Virus record (IMG/VR): IMGVR_UViG_3300042371_001161
Coordinates: 1 to 64,000 of that record
Length of the DNA: 64,000 nucleotides
Origin: a virus
Strand: one strand, 5' to 3'
Positions 31,682 through 41,157 of this stretch are shown in pieces. The position numbers and the translations under genes were made by a program. Position 1 is the first letter of the stretch. Each line of letters begins with the position of its first letter. The notes beneath the pieces are model-generated. The model worked only from the letters and a program-made list of their open reading frames with translations. It had not been told where the DNA came from and searched no databases.

Positions 31682-33403
31682 TTACCAATTACTATCGGAA
31701 CCGCCTGGAGTATTGACTAGTTTCTTTTCATTAAAATTGGGTGTCTTTATCAGCAATACCCACGCTGACTGAATACTCAATAGGTGTCCATAGTCGCGAG
31801 CGTTTCTGACGGCGTCTTCAAATGTGTTCCCGCGCAAAACACCCAAATGTTTGGCCGCGCCTGCAAATCCACCATCAGCGTTGTACCTAGCTATGATTTC
31901 GTCGTTTGTCTTCATGACCGAAGTGCCATTTTGGGTAAAAACACTCGGCAAAAGAATGGCCCTATACTCTGAGCCAGCCTGAACAACATGCGTTATGGAA
32001 TGAATGGTTCGCCACTCGATTACTTCATTTTTCTTGTTTCTTACCACAAAAATAGGGCGATTATAAAGGTCAAGATTTCCCGTAATTATTAGCGAATTAT
32101 AATCATTGGTGCTTGCTGGCATCGGCCCTTTTTCCGCTGCGTACGTTCTAGATATGTTCGCGTAAGGCATTTCTGGATATCTATACACATTGTTCGCATC
32201 GGGCAAATTTGCTCCAGTAATTCTTTTATCAGCAAAGGAGAATTTTATTTCCGGCATGTTTAATATTGCATTTTGCTCAGCAGTCGTCTTTATTTTTTCT
32301 CCTGCTATAAATGTTTGCTGATAAGTGACGCCAATCGGCAGTAGCTCAATTTTTTCTTTTTCTTCGTCACGTGTCAATGTTCTGAAACCTACAGACACGG
32401 GGTCTGGCGTCATTTCGTTAAATGACACAGATTCAACAATGTAATACCCAGACATGTCAGGCACATTGCCAACATAGGCGGTCATTCCTGGCCGTATTTG
32501 TGTGCCGTTGAAACGCTCGACCGAGCAACTGCCTTCTGCCGCATACGGGTCGTTGGCTTTTTTTGTAATGGTTGGCCGTTCCATCAGTCTAAAATACCCC
32601 GATTTCCCGACGTAATCCGGTCCGCTATTTGGCCACTGGAGCGGTATGAATCTCAGGGTGAATGGTGTGCTTTTTGTTTTCTTGGCCTTTGGGTCAAATC
32701 CTGAAAGGTCTACCGTAGTTGTACTTGTCCCCCACTTACTTAGTAAATATTTCTCAGAAGCAAATACTAGAATTCCGTCCACTTCAAACAAAACAAACTT
32801 TGCGTCACCAGCCATTCTTGTCATGACATCCCATAGGGATTCGGTTTGTTTCGAGCCGCTTGCCTTGGTCGTGCCTTTTCCTTTGGCCGTTTGCTCGCAA
32901 TAAAAATCTAATCCATATTTTTTTGCAGCATTAATAATATATTGACTACCGCTTCCCGGTATTGAGCCAGGCTGCTTGTCTCGTTTCATTTGCTGTATGG
33001 CCTTGGAATAGCACTTCAATGAGTACACGGCGCTTCCACCCGGACCCTGAGATACGCTTACATCGGATATTTCAAAAAGCTGTTGTATCGGCTTAATGCC
33101 CCCTGTGCGTGCGTTAATCTGGCCAAGCGTTTGTGTCTCGTAAATGACGTCGCGCCCAAGTATGAAGTAATTCTTTTTAGCCATCTGCAAATCAACATCT
33201 ATGACATCAAAAGATAATTCAGATGCCATAGAAATTGAATAATTAATACTTGCTCTAGTTACTCGTGACGATACGTCGTCGTAAGCTTTATCCGAAAGAC
33301 TTGCAATAATTATTTTGCGTTTATACCTGTCCGGCGACCTAGATATTCTGCCGTATTCATCTGTGGCCGTCTGAGGGGCAAATATTGTATCTGGCGTGTT
33401 CAT
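31682..33403 (-). CDS. Baseplate hub (gp27/gpD-like) with C-terminal extension
   Basis: ASINYSISMASELSFDV, ESLWDVM.RMA...LFEVDG.LVF, IRPGMT...SGYYIVESV. Confidence 0.7.
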   Translation of the reverse strand: MNTPDTIFAPQTATDEYGRISRSPDRYKRKIIIASLSDKAYDDVSSRVTRASINYSISMASELSFDVIDVDLQMAKKNYFILGRDVIYETQTLGQINARTGGIKPIQQLFEISDVSVSQGPGGSAVYSLKCYSKAIQQMKRDKQPGSIPGSGSQYIINAAKKYGLDFYCEQTAKGKGTTKASGSKQTESLWDVMTRMAGDAKFVLFEVDGILVFASEKYLLSKWGTSTTTVDLSGFDPKAKKTKSTPFTLRFIPLQWPNSGPDYVGKSGYFRLMERPTITKKANDPYAAEGSCSVERFNGTQIRPGMTAYVGNVPDMSGYYIVESVSFNEMTPDPVSVGFRTLTRDEEKEKIELLPIGVTYQQTFIAGEKIKTTAEQNAILNMPEIKFSFADKRITGANLPDANNVYRYPEMPYANISRTYAAEKGPMPASTNDYNSLIITGNLDLYNRPIFVVRNKKNEVIEWRTIHSITHVVQAGSEYRAILLPSVFTQNGTSVMKTNDEIIARYNADGGFAGAAKHLGVLRGNTFEDAVRNARDYGHLLSIQSAWVLLIKTPNFNEKKLVNTPGGSDSNW

Positions 33404-33404
33404 G

Positions 33405-34958
33405 TTACAAGAAGACTATGGGATAGAGCGCAGACCAGTTAACCTGGCTTCCCTTACAGGCCGAAGGTGGAATTTTAAAGCCTTTGCCAAGTTCGTCGGT
33501 AGCTCTTCGAATGCATAGCTCTAAGTCGGTAGGTTTCCGAGGCGGGGGCGTTGGGATGATGGGGTCTTTCTTGAGTAGTGGCATAAATATTAATTGGTCC
33601 TCATTCATCCTTACTTCTTGAATTGTTATACTCACTGTTGCTCTACTAATGCTGCCTTGAGCGCTGTCACTAGAGCTCGAGCCGCCAGGGGTCCTTTGTA
33701 TTGAGTTGAATGACATCTCGGCAATCGCCCACTGGCGATATTTGACAGTAGAACTATTTGTTATTCCGCTAAATAGTGAATCGAAATTAGTAAATACGAC
33801 CAACTCTGGTGTTTCTGCCATTTGTTTAAGCAACCTGAGTTTATGTTCGCAAGAATCATAAAGACTTGACACGTAAGAAGGTTGACTGTCGACGACAAAT
33901 TCAAACGATATTTTCATAAGTTTGTTGTTTTTGTAATCGACAAGAGGGAAGTTCGCAACTCTTTCAATGTCAGTCCATGTTACGCCTATGTTCGAATAAG
34001 AAACATTATTGGGCTTTAAAGTAAATTCATACGTAAGAGCAGTTGTATTATCGGCCGTTCGTTGAATCATCGTAGGAAGGTTTTCGGGGGCTGTGGTGGC
34101 GATGGCGGCTTGTCCGCTGCTCACTCGTGCCCCGACATTCATGGAAGTAACGACAGTCGCCCTGCTTCTTTGTCCAAGTACATCTCTGTAACCATTGCTA
34201 TTTTGTGCACCAGAAACGACGCTGGATGATTGATTAATAGAAGAACCCGATATTGCCTTCTTGGTGAGGGAGGCAATGGTGGCCTCTGCTGCCTTGGTAG
34301 ACAATCCCGTAGATTGAAGTAACTTTATTTGTGCAAATGTAAAGTTTTCAAGATTCATATCTTTTGCATCGCCGATAAATTCATTCCAGCGCGACTGTGA
34401 GGGTTCGTCGAAGTCTGGCAGTTCCTGTAATGTTGGCGTATTTTCAAGGAGAAAAAATCTACGTAAAAGTGGGTGATACCAGTACTGCACCCAGTTGACG
34501 CTGTCCGTATCGTCAAACTTGCGCCACTTCGTTATTCTTGTTGACTTATATGGGTTCAGGGATAGGTCCGAGACGAGCTCATACCAGTCAAAAGTGTATG
34601 TTGTCGCTACGTATATTGTATTACCCCATACGATTTTTTCCCCAGATGGGACACTGTCATATTTTGCTGTTCTGGGGTTGGAATAAGATATCTCTTTTGC
34701 GCGAACCTCTTGGTCGTCGGACCACCCAAATTCATCACTTACCTCATATGGAATGAAATCGTAATCCGACACAGCCACGCCCTGAAAGGGAAACCAATAT
34801 GTGTCATCCGAAACTAAAACAAAATCTGCTGGAAAAATTGGATATTGAGTATTCGTAATTTGCTTGTATCTTTTTTTTATTGGATAGTTTTTACGTAAAC
34901 TACTATTACTAGAGTCCGTGTATCCCACTGTATGATAGTGAATGCTTCCTACTGCCAT
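33405..34958 (-). CDS. Tail-tube-initiator-like baseplate protein with long N-terminal extension
   Basis: C-terminal FTLKPNNVSY...LMKISFEF...RATVSITIQE resembles contractile-injection tube-initiator domains; follows the tape measure gene. Confidence 0.55.
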   Translation of the reverse strand: MAVGSIHYHTVGYTDSSNSSLRKNYPIKKRYKQITNTQYPIFPADFVLVSDDTYWFPFQGVAVSDYDFIPYEVSDEFGWSDDQEVRAKEISYSNPRTAKYDSVPSGEKIVWGNTIYVATTYTFDWYELVSDLSLNPYKSTRITKWRKFDDTDSVNWVQYWYHPLLRRFFLLENTPTLQELPDFDEPSQSRWNEFIGDAKDMNLENFTFAQIKLLQSTGLSTKAAEATIASLTKKAISGSSINQSSSVVSGAQNSNGYRDVLGQRSRATVVTSMNVGARVSSGQAAIATTAPENLPTMIQRTADNTTALTYEFTLKPNNVSYSNIGVTWTDIERVANFPLVDYKNNKLMKISFEFVVDSQPSYVSSLYDSCEHKLRLLKQMAETPELVVFTNFDSLFSGITNSSTVKYRQWAIAEMSFNSIQRTPGGSSSSDSAQGSISRATVSITIQEVRMNEDQLIFMPLLKKDPIIPTPPPRKPTDLELCIRRATDELGKGFKIPPSACKGSQVNWSALYPIVFL

Positions 34959-37900
34959 TATCGACGCTCCTTTTCTGAACGTTCCCTATCCTGTAATTTT
35001 GCCATAACCATCTGAGCTATAGCTTCTGGCGAGCTATTTCCGCCGTTTACCTCGATTGAGTAGTAGTTGTTAGTACTACCTCCACCGCTAGTAGCGGATG
35101 AGATTGGTCGCGCGACTGACGTGTCTCCGACTCCAGGGCCGGGAACGACGTGTAGATGGCGGTTTGCCGCACTTCCGTGGAACTCTGCGAATCCACCATT
35201 TGCATGAACCAACTTCGAGTATTGTCCAAGATTTTGACCAACAAGGTCGTACGCCGAGCCAGTGGCATGGTCGGAACTTGGTGAACCAAGAGCATAATTT
35301 CGCAAGCTAGACGTAACTGTTCTCTTGCCAGTTAGCTGGCCATTCATGGCGGCATGTCGGCTCATTGTTTGAGAAAGTTTGCTTGTGGAAGTATCTCCGA
35401 TAGCGCCTCCGCGAGGGGTAGAGGTATCGGGTGGAGCGAGGGTCTTTCCATCGTCGCTCATAACTAGGCCGTTCCTCCACCAGTCCGGCATTTCGCCTAG
35501 CGGAGCCGTAAAGAAACCTTCCATATTCGTATTAAATATTTTGATTGCCTCTTCCAGTCCTGTCGCCGCGGTGCCCATGTTTGTAGCCGCTGTTGCAATG
35601 TCGTCCAATGCAACCGTGTTTTCTTTTGCCAAACCTAACTCACCCATCCCATAGCCAGACAATGCGCTTTGGGCTCCGAGCGCCGGATTGTAGGCGCTTT
35701 CCAACCCTAATGTTCCGGTTGGAATCGCCCCTGCCCCGCCCTTGGGCGCATTTAGCAATCGTTGACGTAAGCCATCTTTGTCGTCGTAGGTTAAATCATA
35801 GTCCTTAATATCACCTAAGAGTTTAAGGAATTGTTCTGGGTTATTTTGAAGTAGCGTTGTTAGTTGCGACTCCAAAACCCCTTCTTCAATTTTCAGATTT
35901 CCATGCTCTTCGCTTGACAGAATGGTTCGAAGTTGCTCCGAGGCTGCACCTACCGCTCCTTTTTCCATGTCTCGCACCGACGCCTGATATATCGGGTCAT
36001 TTACGAATGTTTCGCCTTGTCCAGCGAGCTCAGCACCGGGAGCAAATATTTTCCCATCGGCATTCTTTCCGCCAAAAAGGTCAATGAATCCTTGGTACGC
36101 CATGATGCCGTCACCACCGGCAACTTGTAATAATTGATTAAATGCAGGCTCCATATGCGCACGCATTGCGGTTGTTTTTTCGTCAGCGGTCGTACTAGGG
36201 TCCCTCATTATGTCGCCCAGTTGCCTCAAATTTGAATCAAGAGCGTATGTTGCCTCTTCCTTCTCTCGTTGCGTCTTGAAGGCGTTGGCGCCAGAAAGGA
36301 CAATATCAGCTATTAGGTCGTTTAATTCTGCTCCGGTCTTTTTCAGGGAGCCTGAGAACTTTAAAAGAAGGTCGTTGTATTTTATTGTTGGGTCATACAG
36401 GTCGACGCCAAGCGTTTTTGCCAGCTGCTCTAGCTCTGCTCCGCTCTTACCCGTAGCTCGTGATAATGCGCCGATTCTTTCGGTGTTTTGTTTGTCTATT
36501 CTCGACAACTGCGCTTCGATGAGCGGGTCTGATGTTTTCATGATATGTCGGATAGAGTTGGTTGCTCTGGCTTTTAGAGCGTCTCTCTCCTCTGATGTTA
36601 ATTTTTTACCTGAATCTGTTTTGAAGTATTCGTCGAGTATGCCTTTGGCGTCATTAAATTCTGTTTTCCCATTACTCTCGTAACTTCCGCCACCAGCTGC
36701 AATGGCTGCCGTAATATCCCTATTAAACTGACCTAAAGTTTTTCCAAAGCTTGTCCCCAGGCCCACCATTGCGGCATCTCGGCCCTTGAGGCTTCCGCCA
36801 CCTTTTACTGTTTCTGCATTTCTCTGAAACTGCCGACCCGCTTTCTGGAGGTCAATCATGAAGAAGCTAGCCATGCTGGCGTCTATAATCTTTTTGGCCT
36901 TTTTTAACTTCTCTTTACCAGCATTCACCGCACCCATAATGCCTCCAACAAGAAGGCCCACTCCAGCACCTATCGCCGCGCCATAAGGTCCGAACATTGC
37001 GCCTGCGGCTGCTCCACCGGCTGCTCCAGCGAGTGCTCCAGCCTTCACTGACGTTGCCTTGAGCGCGGAGCCGATTCCTGCAACGGCAGCACCCAACATG
37101 GGGTTCACTTGCGCAACCATTCCGCCTAGCGCAATTGCTCCTTGCATTTCTTCAGGGGCGTATTGGCTTGCCAGTCCTAGTCCCATACCGACGCCCATTT
37201 TCGCGCCCATACTGTTGTTAAACTTTTTTACTCCTCCGCCAAATTTGCTATCATTTCGTGAAATTCTGTTCATATCGCGACGATAAGACAGTCTTCCTCC
37301 AAGCTTCTTTAGGCCTCCTTGCTTATCGCTTTCGCCCCTTCTGGCTAGCAAAGCCCCACGTGCCGTACCTAAATCCTTGTACTCGCCCTTCTCTGCATCC
37401 CATGCCCCAGAGTTCATCTGAGCGAAACCGCCGCGAATGGCGCCAAAGCCACGTCTAGCGAGGTATTGCCCCCTATCGGCGACTCCTACGGCCTTTAGCG
37501 CGCCACGCTTTGCGCTGTTGGCAAGACCTTGCCCGATGCTTACCGTACGACCGTCATTCTTGAATTCTGCGGTCGAGCCTTTCTTCGCCATTATTGCTTT
37601 GACTAGTAGTTTTCTATCGGCGAAAGTATCACTCATTCTGGGTGCACCTGGTCCTTGCTGACCACCCCCCATTACTCCGCCGATTTGAGTACCAACAATC
37701 CCTTTTTGTGTAGCTATTTGTCGCAGCTCATCCATTGAGCGGGCATTGAGAGATTGAGTGGCCCTAAATTTTGCGCTCAGTGGGAGGTTGACATTAGGAT
37801 TGACCGGCTTGGTCGTGCCGTCTGGATTTGTTATCTGACCCCTGTCCGCGTAAGGGTCTCTAGCGCGAGCTCCAGTGGCCGCATATACAACCCCACGGCC

Positions 37901-39817
37901 AATTCTGCTATCTATTTCTTTGCGTTTTACAATTCTGCCATCTATTCCGCTAAGAGCAACCTGATGTCGACTACCAGCTTTTGCGCTTCCAAAAAACTTC
38001 GAGTTCGGGTCGTTTGAAATAGCACGGAATTTTGAACCAGTGACCGACCCAGGCATGATTACTGGACTCGTCGCCGGATATCCGCTAGAAAGGGCCCCTC
38101 CGCCGCCCCCACCACGACCTGAGGCCAGCGATGACGTTGGGCCAGCCGGACCAAGATTTTTGCCACCAATAGAAACATTTTGAGCGTTAACGCTCATGGT
38201 CTTGACAGTTTGAACCCCTGGCATTAAACGGCCCTTTACGCCGCTCATTTTTTTACCTATAATCGAGAATGCCAGCAATGGTGCAAGGGCCGAAGCTAGT
38301 CCTCCGCCAGCCCCACCACTAAACATTTTGGAAATCATATTGAAGACGCTTGTTAGTCCAGATACTAAGTCACTCAAAAAGGGGAGCATATCCATGAACA
38401 TCTTTTTAAGATTCATGAAGAATTTTGATAAAGAATCGATGAGCTCCCCAACACGTTCGCCGAATTCTGCAACTTCATTTTTGTTTTCAACAAGAAGGTC
38501 CTTGAATAAGGTCAGGTTTCCGGCACCTCGTTTAATTGCCTCCCACACTGGAGTAAAAGCTTTATAAAGCACCTTTGCGCCATCTATGAGTGGGCGAGTT
38601 TGCTCAAGGACCATATCCCAACCACGCTTGAATTTAGAGAACCAATCTCCAATTCTGTCGAACATGCCTAACGCGCCAGGGAGGTATTCGCGAATCATTT
38701 TCACGAGCCAATTAGATGCTTTTTCTATTCCGCCAGCAAAGCCGTCGATTATGCCCGTCGCCCCAAAACTATATGAAATAGCGCCCATTATGCGCTGCAA
38801 GTCTCTGCGTATTGTCCCGAATACCCTCTCAAATGAAGCCTTGAGTGGCTCCAAGAACTGGTCGCCAAAATCAGCAAACTCGCCACGCAATCGACTAAAG
38901 TAGCCCTTCATCTGGGAGATTAAAGTACCGTTTACGGCTTCAAACTGACCAGCGACACCGCCTTTGTCCGCCAACTGCCCGGACATCAGAAGTTCTTTAA
39001 ATTGTTCCTTGGTTTTTATGGTTGTCCCTTTTAGGGCTTTTTCCATTTCTGGGCCAAGTTTTTTAGCTTCTGTTATTACGTCAGAAATACTCTTTTTACT
39101 GTTAGAAAGATTTTCGATAACAATAGATACTTGTTCTAGGCCCTTTGCGGGGTCTTGGCCCGCTGAACCAAAGTCCATCAAAGCCTTGATTGATGCACCG
39201 CTTTTATTTATTTGTGCGGTATTCATCGACTTGGACATGGTTCCGTAAGCCTTGTTGAGTGCTTCGACTCCGAGAGTCGCCAGACTTGCGTCGCTCTGTA
39301 GGTTCCGCATGCCCATTCTTGTCTGATTCATCGCTGAACCAAATGCAGGGGCTCCCTTGCCTCTGTAGGCATAAATGGCGGCCTGCTGCTCCCTGATAGC
39401 GGCGCTCGCTGCCGATATTGCGACGACTACCCCCGCCGCACCAGCAGAAAGCATTTGCATCGCCCCCCTATATGCTTTGACAAGTAATTGCCCAGCTGCA
39501 AATAGTGCGTGGACTCCTATCATCGCAGCTCCAAGGGCTGCCATTTCTATAACGACACCCTTGATAGCCATACCGAGGAACTTAGTGAGCCCTTTTCCTG
39601 CCATTTTGGCGCCAGCATCTATGGCGTCGAAACTGCGTTTCCAGCCTTTTGTGGTATTTGCTAGTTTACTACCCGATTGTTGAGCGAGAGCTTCGCCCCT
39701 GCCGCTGGAAAGTTTTTTTACTCTTTTTTCTAGTAATGAAAGCTGAGCTATTGCTTTAGTGAGCTCCCTAGTTTGGGCCTCAAACTTAATTTTAATATCA
39801 ACTATTTCATCAGCCAT
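34958..39817 (-). CDS. Tape measure protein with C-terminal M15-like (LAS) metallopeptidase domain
   Basis: 1619 aa Ala/Gly-rich helical protein after tube and chaperone genes; DHATGSAYD (H-x6-D) and HLHV. Confidence 0.9.
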   Translation of the reverse strand: MADEIVDIKIKFEAQTRELTKAIAQLSLLEKRVKKLSSGRGEALAQQSGSKLANTTKGWKRSFDAIDAGAKMAGKGLTKFLGMAIKGVVIEMAALGAAMIGVHALFAAGQLLVKAYRGAMQMLSAGAAGVVVAISAASAAIREQQAAIYAYRGKGAPAFGSAMNQTRMGMRNLQSDASLATLGVEALNKAYGTMSKSMNTAQINKSGASIKALMDFGSAGQDPAKGLEQVSIVIENLSNSKKSISDVITEAKKLGPEMEKALKGTTIKTKEQFKELLMSGQLADKGGVAGQFEAVNGTLISQMKGYFSRLRGEFADFGDQFLEPLKASFERVFGTIRRDLQRIMGAISYSFGATGIIDGFAGGIEKASNWLVKMIREYLPGALGMFDRIGDWFSKFKRGWDMVLEQTRPLIDGAKVLYKAFTPVWEAIKRGAGNLTLFKDLLVENKNEVAEFGERVGELIDSLSKFFMNLKKMFMDMLPFLSDLVSGLTSVFNMISKMFSGGAGGGLASALAPLLAFSIIGKKMSGVKGRLMPGVQTVKTMSVNAQNVSIGGKNLGPAGPTSSLASGRGGGGGGALSSGYPATSPVIMPGSVTGSKFRAISNDPNSKFFGSAKAGSRHQVALSGIDGRIVKRKEIDSRIGRGVVYAATGARARDPYADRGQITNPDGTTKPVNPNVNLPLSAKFRATQSLNARSMDELRQIATQKGIVGTQIGGVMGGGQQGPGAPRMSDTFADRKLLVKAIMAKKGSTAEFKNDGRTVSIGQGLANSAKRGALKAVGVADRGQYLARRGFGAIRGGFAQMNSGAWDAEKGEYKDLGTARGALLARRGESDKQGGLKKLGGRLSYRRDMNRISRNDSKFGGGVKKFNNSMGAKMGVGMGLGLASQYAPEEMQGAIALGGMVAQVNPMLGAAVAGIGSALKATSVKAGALAGAAGGAAAGAMFGPYGAAIGAGVGLLVGGIMGAVNAGKEKLKKAKKIIDASMASFFMIDLQKAGRQFQRNAETVKGGGSLKGRDAAMVGLGTSFGKTLGQFNRDITAAIAAGGGSYESNGKTEFNDAKGILDEYFKTDSGKKLTSEERDALKARATNSIRHIMKTSDPLIEAQLSRIDKQNTERIGALSRATGKSGAELEQLAKTLGVDLYDPTIKYNDLLLKFSGSLKKTGAELNDLIADIVLSGANAFKTQREKEEATYALDSNLRQLGDIMRDPSTTADEKTTAMRAHMEPAFNQLLQVAGGDGIMAYQGFIDLFGGKNADGKIFAPGAELAGQGETFVNDPIYQASVRDMEKGAVGAASEQLRTILSSEEHGNLKIEEGVLESQLTTLLQNNPEQFLKLLGDIKDYDLTYDDKDGLRQRLLNAPKGGAGAIPTGTLGLESAYNPALGAQSALSGYGMGELGLAKENTVALDDIATAATNMGTAATGLEEAIKIFNTNMEGFFTAPLGEMPDWWRNGLVMSDDGKTLAPPDTSTPRGGAIGDTSTSKLSQTMSRHAAMNGQLTGKRTVTSSLRNYALGSPSSDHATGSAYDLVGQNLGQYSKLVHANGGFAEFHGSAANRHLHVVPGPGVGDTSVARPISSATSGGGSTNNYYSIEVNGGNSSPEAIAQMVMAKLQDRERSEKERR

Positions 39818-39882
39818 TTGGCACTCCGTGTGAGTTTTAAGTCACGTGAGTGTAAGGCTGCCAAGCTATGGGGGCTCCACCC

Positions 39883-40074
39883 CTAAGTCTTCGGCTTGCG
39901 CTCTTGCTCTTCGCGGTCGTTACTTATAACTTTAGCACAGGCAAGAAGTAGTAACCAGTCATTATCGTCTACGTCCATTAATTCCAATGGACTAACGTGA
40001 AATAACTCGCCTAATCTTGCCGCAGATATAAGTGTGGAATCTTCAACTAGTTCGTCGAAGACTCCTTCGTAGGG
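39883..40074 (-). CDS. Tail assembly chaperone -1 frameshift extension (G-T-like)
   Basis: Open -1 frame PYEGVFDELVEDSTLISAARLGELF...ERKPKT with no own start codon; overlaps the end of the TAC gene at GAC CCT ACG. Confidence 0.7.
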   Translation of the reverse strand, partial: PYEGVFDELVEDSTLISAARLGELFHVSPLELMDVDDNDWLLLLACAKVISNDREEQERKPKT

Positions 40075-40598
40075 TCCACAGCAGCAACCGTGTCTGAGTA
40101 TCCAGCGGAGTCAAGGATTGCCAAAGCTGCGGATTCAACATGTGGGTCAACGCCAAACATCGCCCGAACTGCATCCGGAACCGGCTTCATCGACTCGGTC
40201 ATTTCGAGAATTTGAGGATGGGCAAAATTGAGATTATTGCCGTTTTCGTCAAAAATCTCTTCATCATCAATGCAGATACCTATGGTGGTGTGGCCGATAA
40301 CTAGACAAGCAAACTTGAGCGAGTCAAGTCCATTTCTTGAATCTTCACCAGCATTTTTGCGCCAGTTCTTCATCTGCGATTGAGTGATATTGGGGCTCAC
40401 TTTGAGGCTTACACCCGGGCGTTCTGTCACCTGAATGTGGACTACGGACCGCTCAACCTTTTTCTTGACAATGTTTCTCAGCTTTTCAAGCTGGGTCTCT
40501 TCCTTGGCGGCAGGCAACAAGGAATCACGATGAGTTGACTTCTTGTTGCTTTTTCCGTCGTCGGCTTCTTCAGTTACGTATAGTGAATTTTCGCTCAT
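40047..40598 (-). CDS. Tail assembly chaperone
   Basis: Located between tube and tape measure genes; overlapping -1 frame ORF. Confidence 0.75.
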   Translation of the reverse strand: MSENSLYVTEEADDGKSNKKSTHRDSLLPAAKEETQLEKLRNIVKKKVERSVVHIQVTERPGVSLKVSPNITQSQMKNWRKNAGEDSRNGLDSLKFACLVIGHTTIGICIDDEEIFDENGNNLNFAHPQILEMTESMKPVPDAVRAMFGVDPHVESAALAILDSAGYSDTVAAVDPTKESSTN

Positions 40599-40605
40599 AG
40601 AGCAA

Positions 40606-40640
40606 AAACTATCACATAATTAACCGACTCTATGCAACTA
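40606..40640 (-). promoter_or_regulatory. Putative promoter TAGTTGCA ... TAGTTT, leaderless to the TAC gene
   Basis: TTGCAT-N20-TAGTTT, 7 nt before ATG 40598. Confidence 0.45.
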
Positions 40641-41141
40641 GCTTAAAGTTGGTGCGTTTACGTCCGAGATAGCAAAGGTCAAGGCGAATGTCGCCGGAGC
40701 ACCCGAAGAAGAGTCACCTTCTGGTTCGGTCATTCCCACCAACAAAGCATTGGAGTAAATTCTGTCGTTTGTGGGGTCTTTGATGTCGCAGCTATAAACA
40801 GATACCGTAATGTTGTAGTAACCGGTACCTACATATTTGCGCAGGCCCTGCAGCTTGGCGCCAATGCCAGCAGCAGTATCGGCGCTGGTCATATCGTCGT
40901 CGTAGTGTGCCGTCAGTGTAATGTCGCCTATTTCAGATGGAGCGCAGAGAACTGTAGGTCGAGCACTGCCACCTTCGTAGATTTTTTCTACAGAGGCGGT
41001 GATTTCTCCACCCGACACCTGGGCAAAGCGAAGATTACCCCACTTGGGAAGGTTCACCTGCACGTTGGTCTGCTGCTTGCCGTTAATGAAAGTGCTTGGA
41101 ACTATTGTTGCAAGTACTTGTCTCTGTGATACTTTTGCCAT
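40638..41141 (-). CDS. Tail tube protein
   Basis: 167 aa following the sheath; FAQVSGGEI...GDITLT...LVGMTEPEGDSSS pattern. Confidence 0.75.
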   Translation of the reverse strand: MAKVSQRQVLATIVPSTFINGKQQTNVQVNLPKWGNLRFAQVSGGEITASVEKIYEGGSARPTVLCAPSEIGDITLTAHYDDDMTSADTAAGIGAKLQGLRKYVGTGYYNITVSVYSCDIKDPTNDRIYSNALLVGMTEPEGDSSSGAPATFALTFAISDVNAPTLS

Positions 41142-41157
41142 TAGCTACTTCCTTCGA

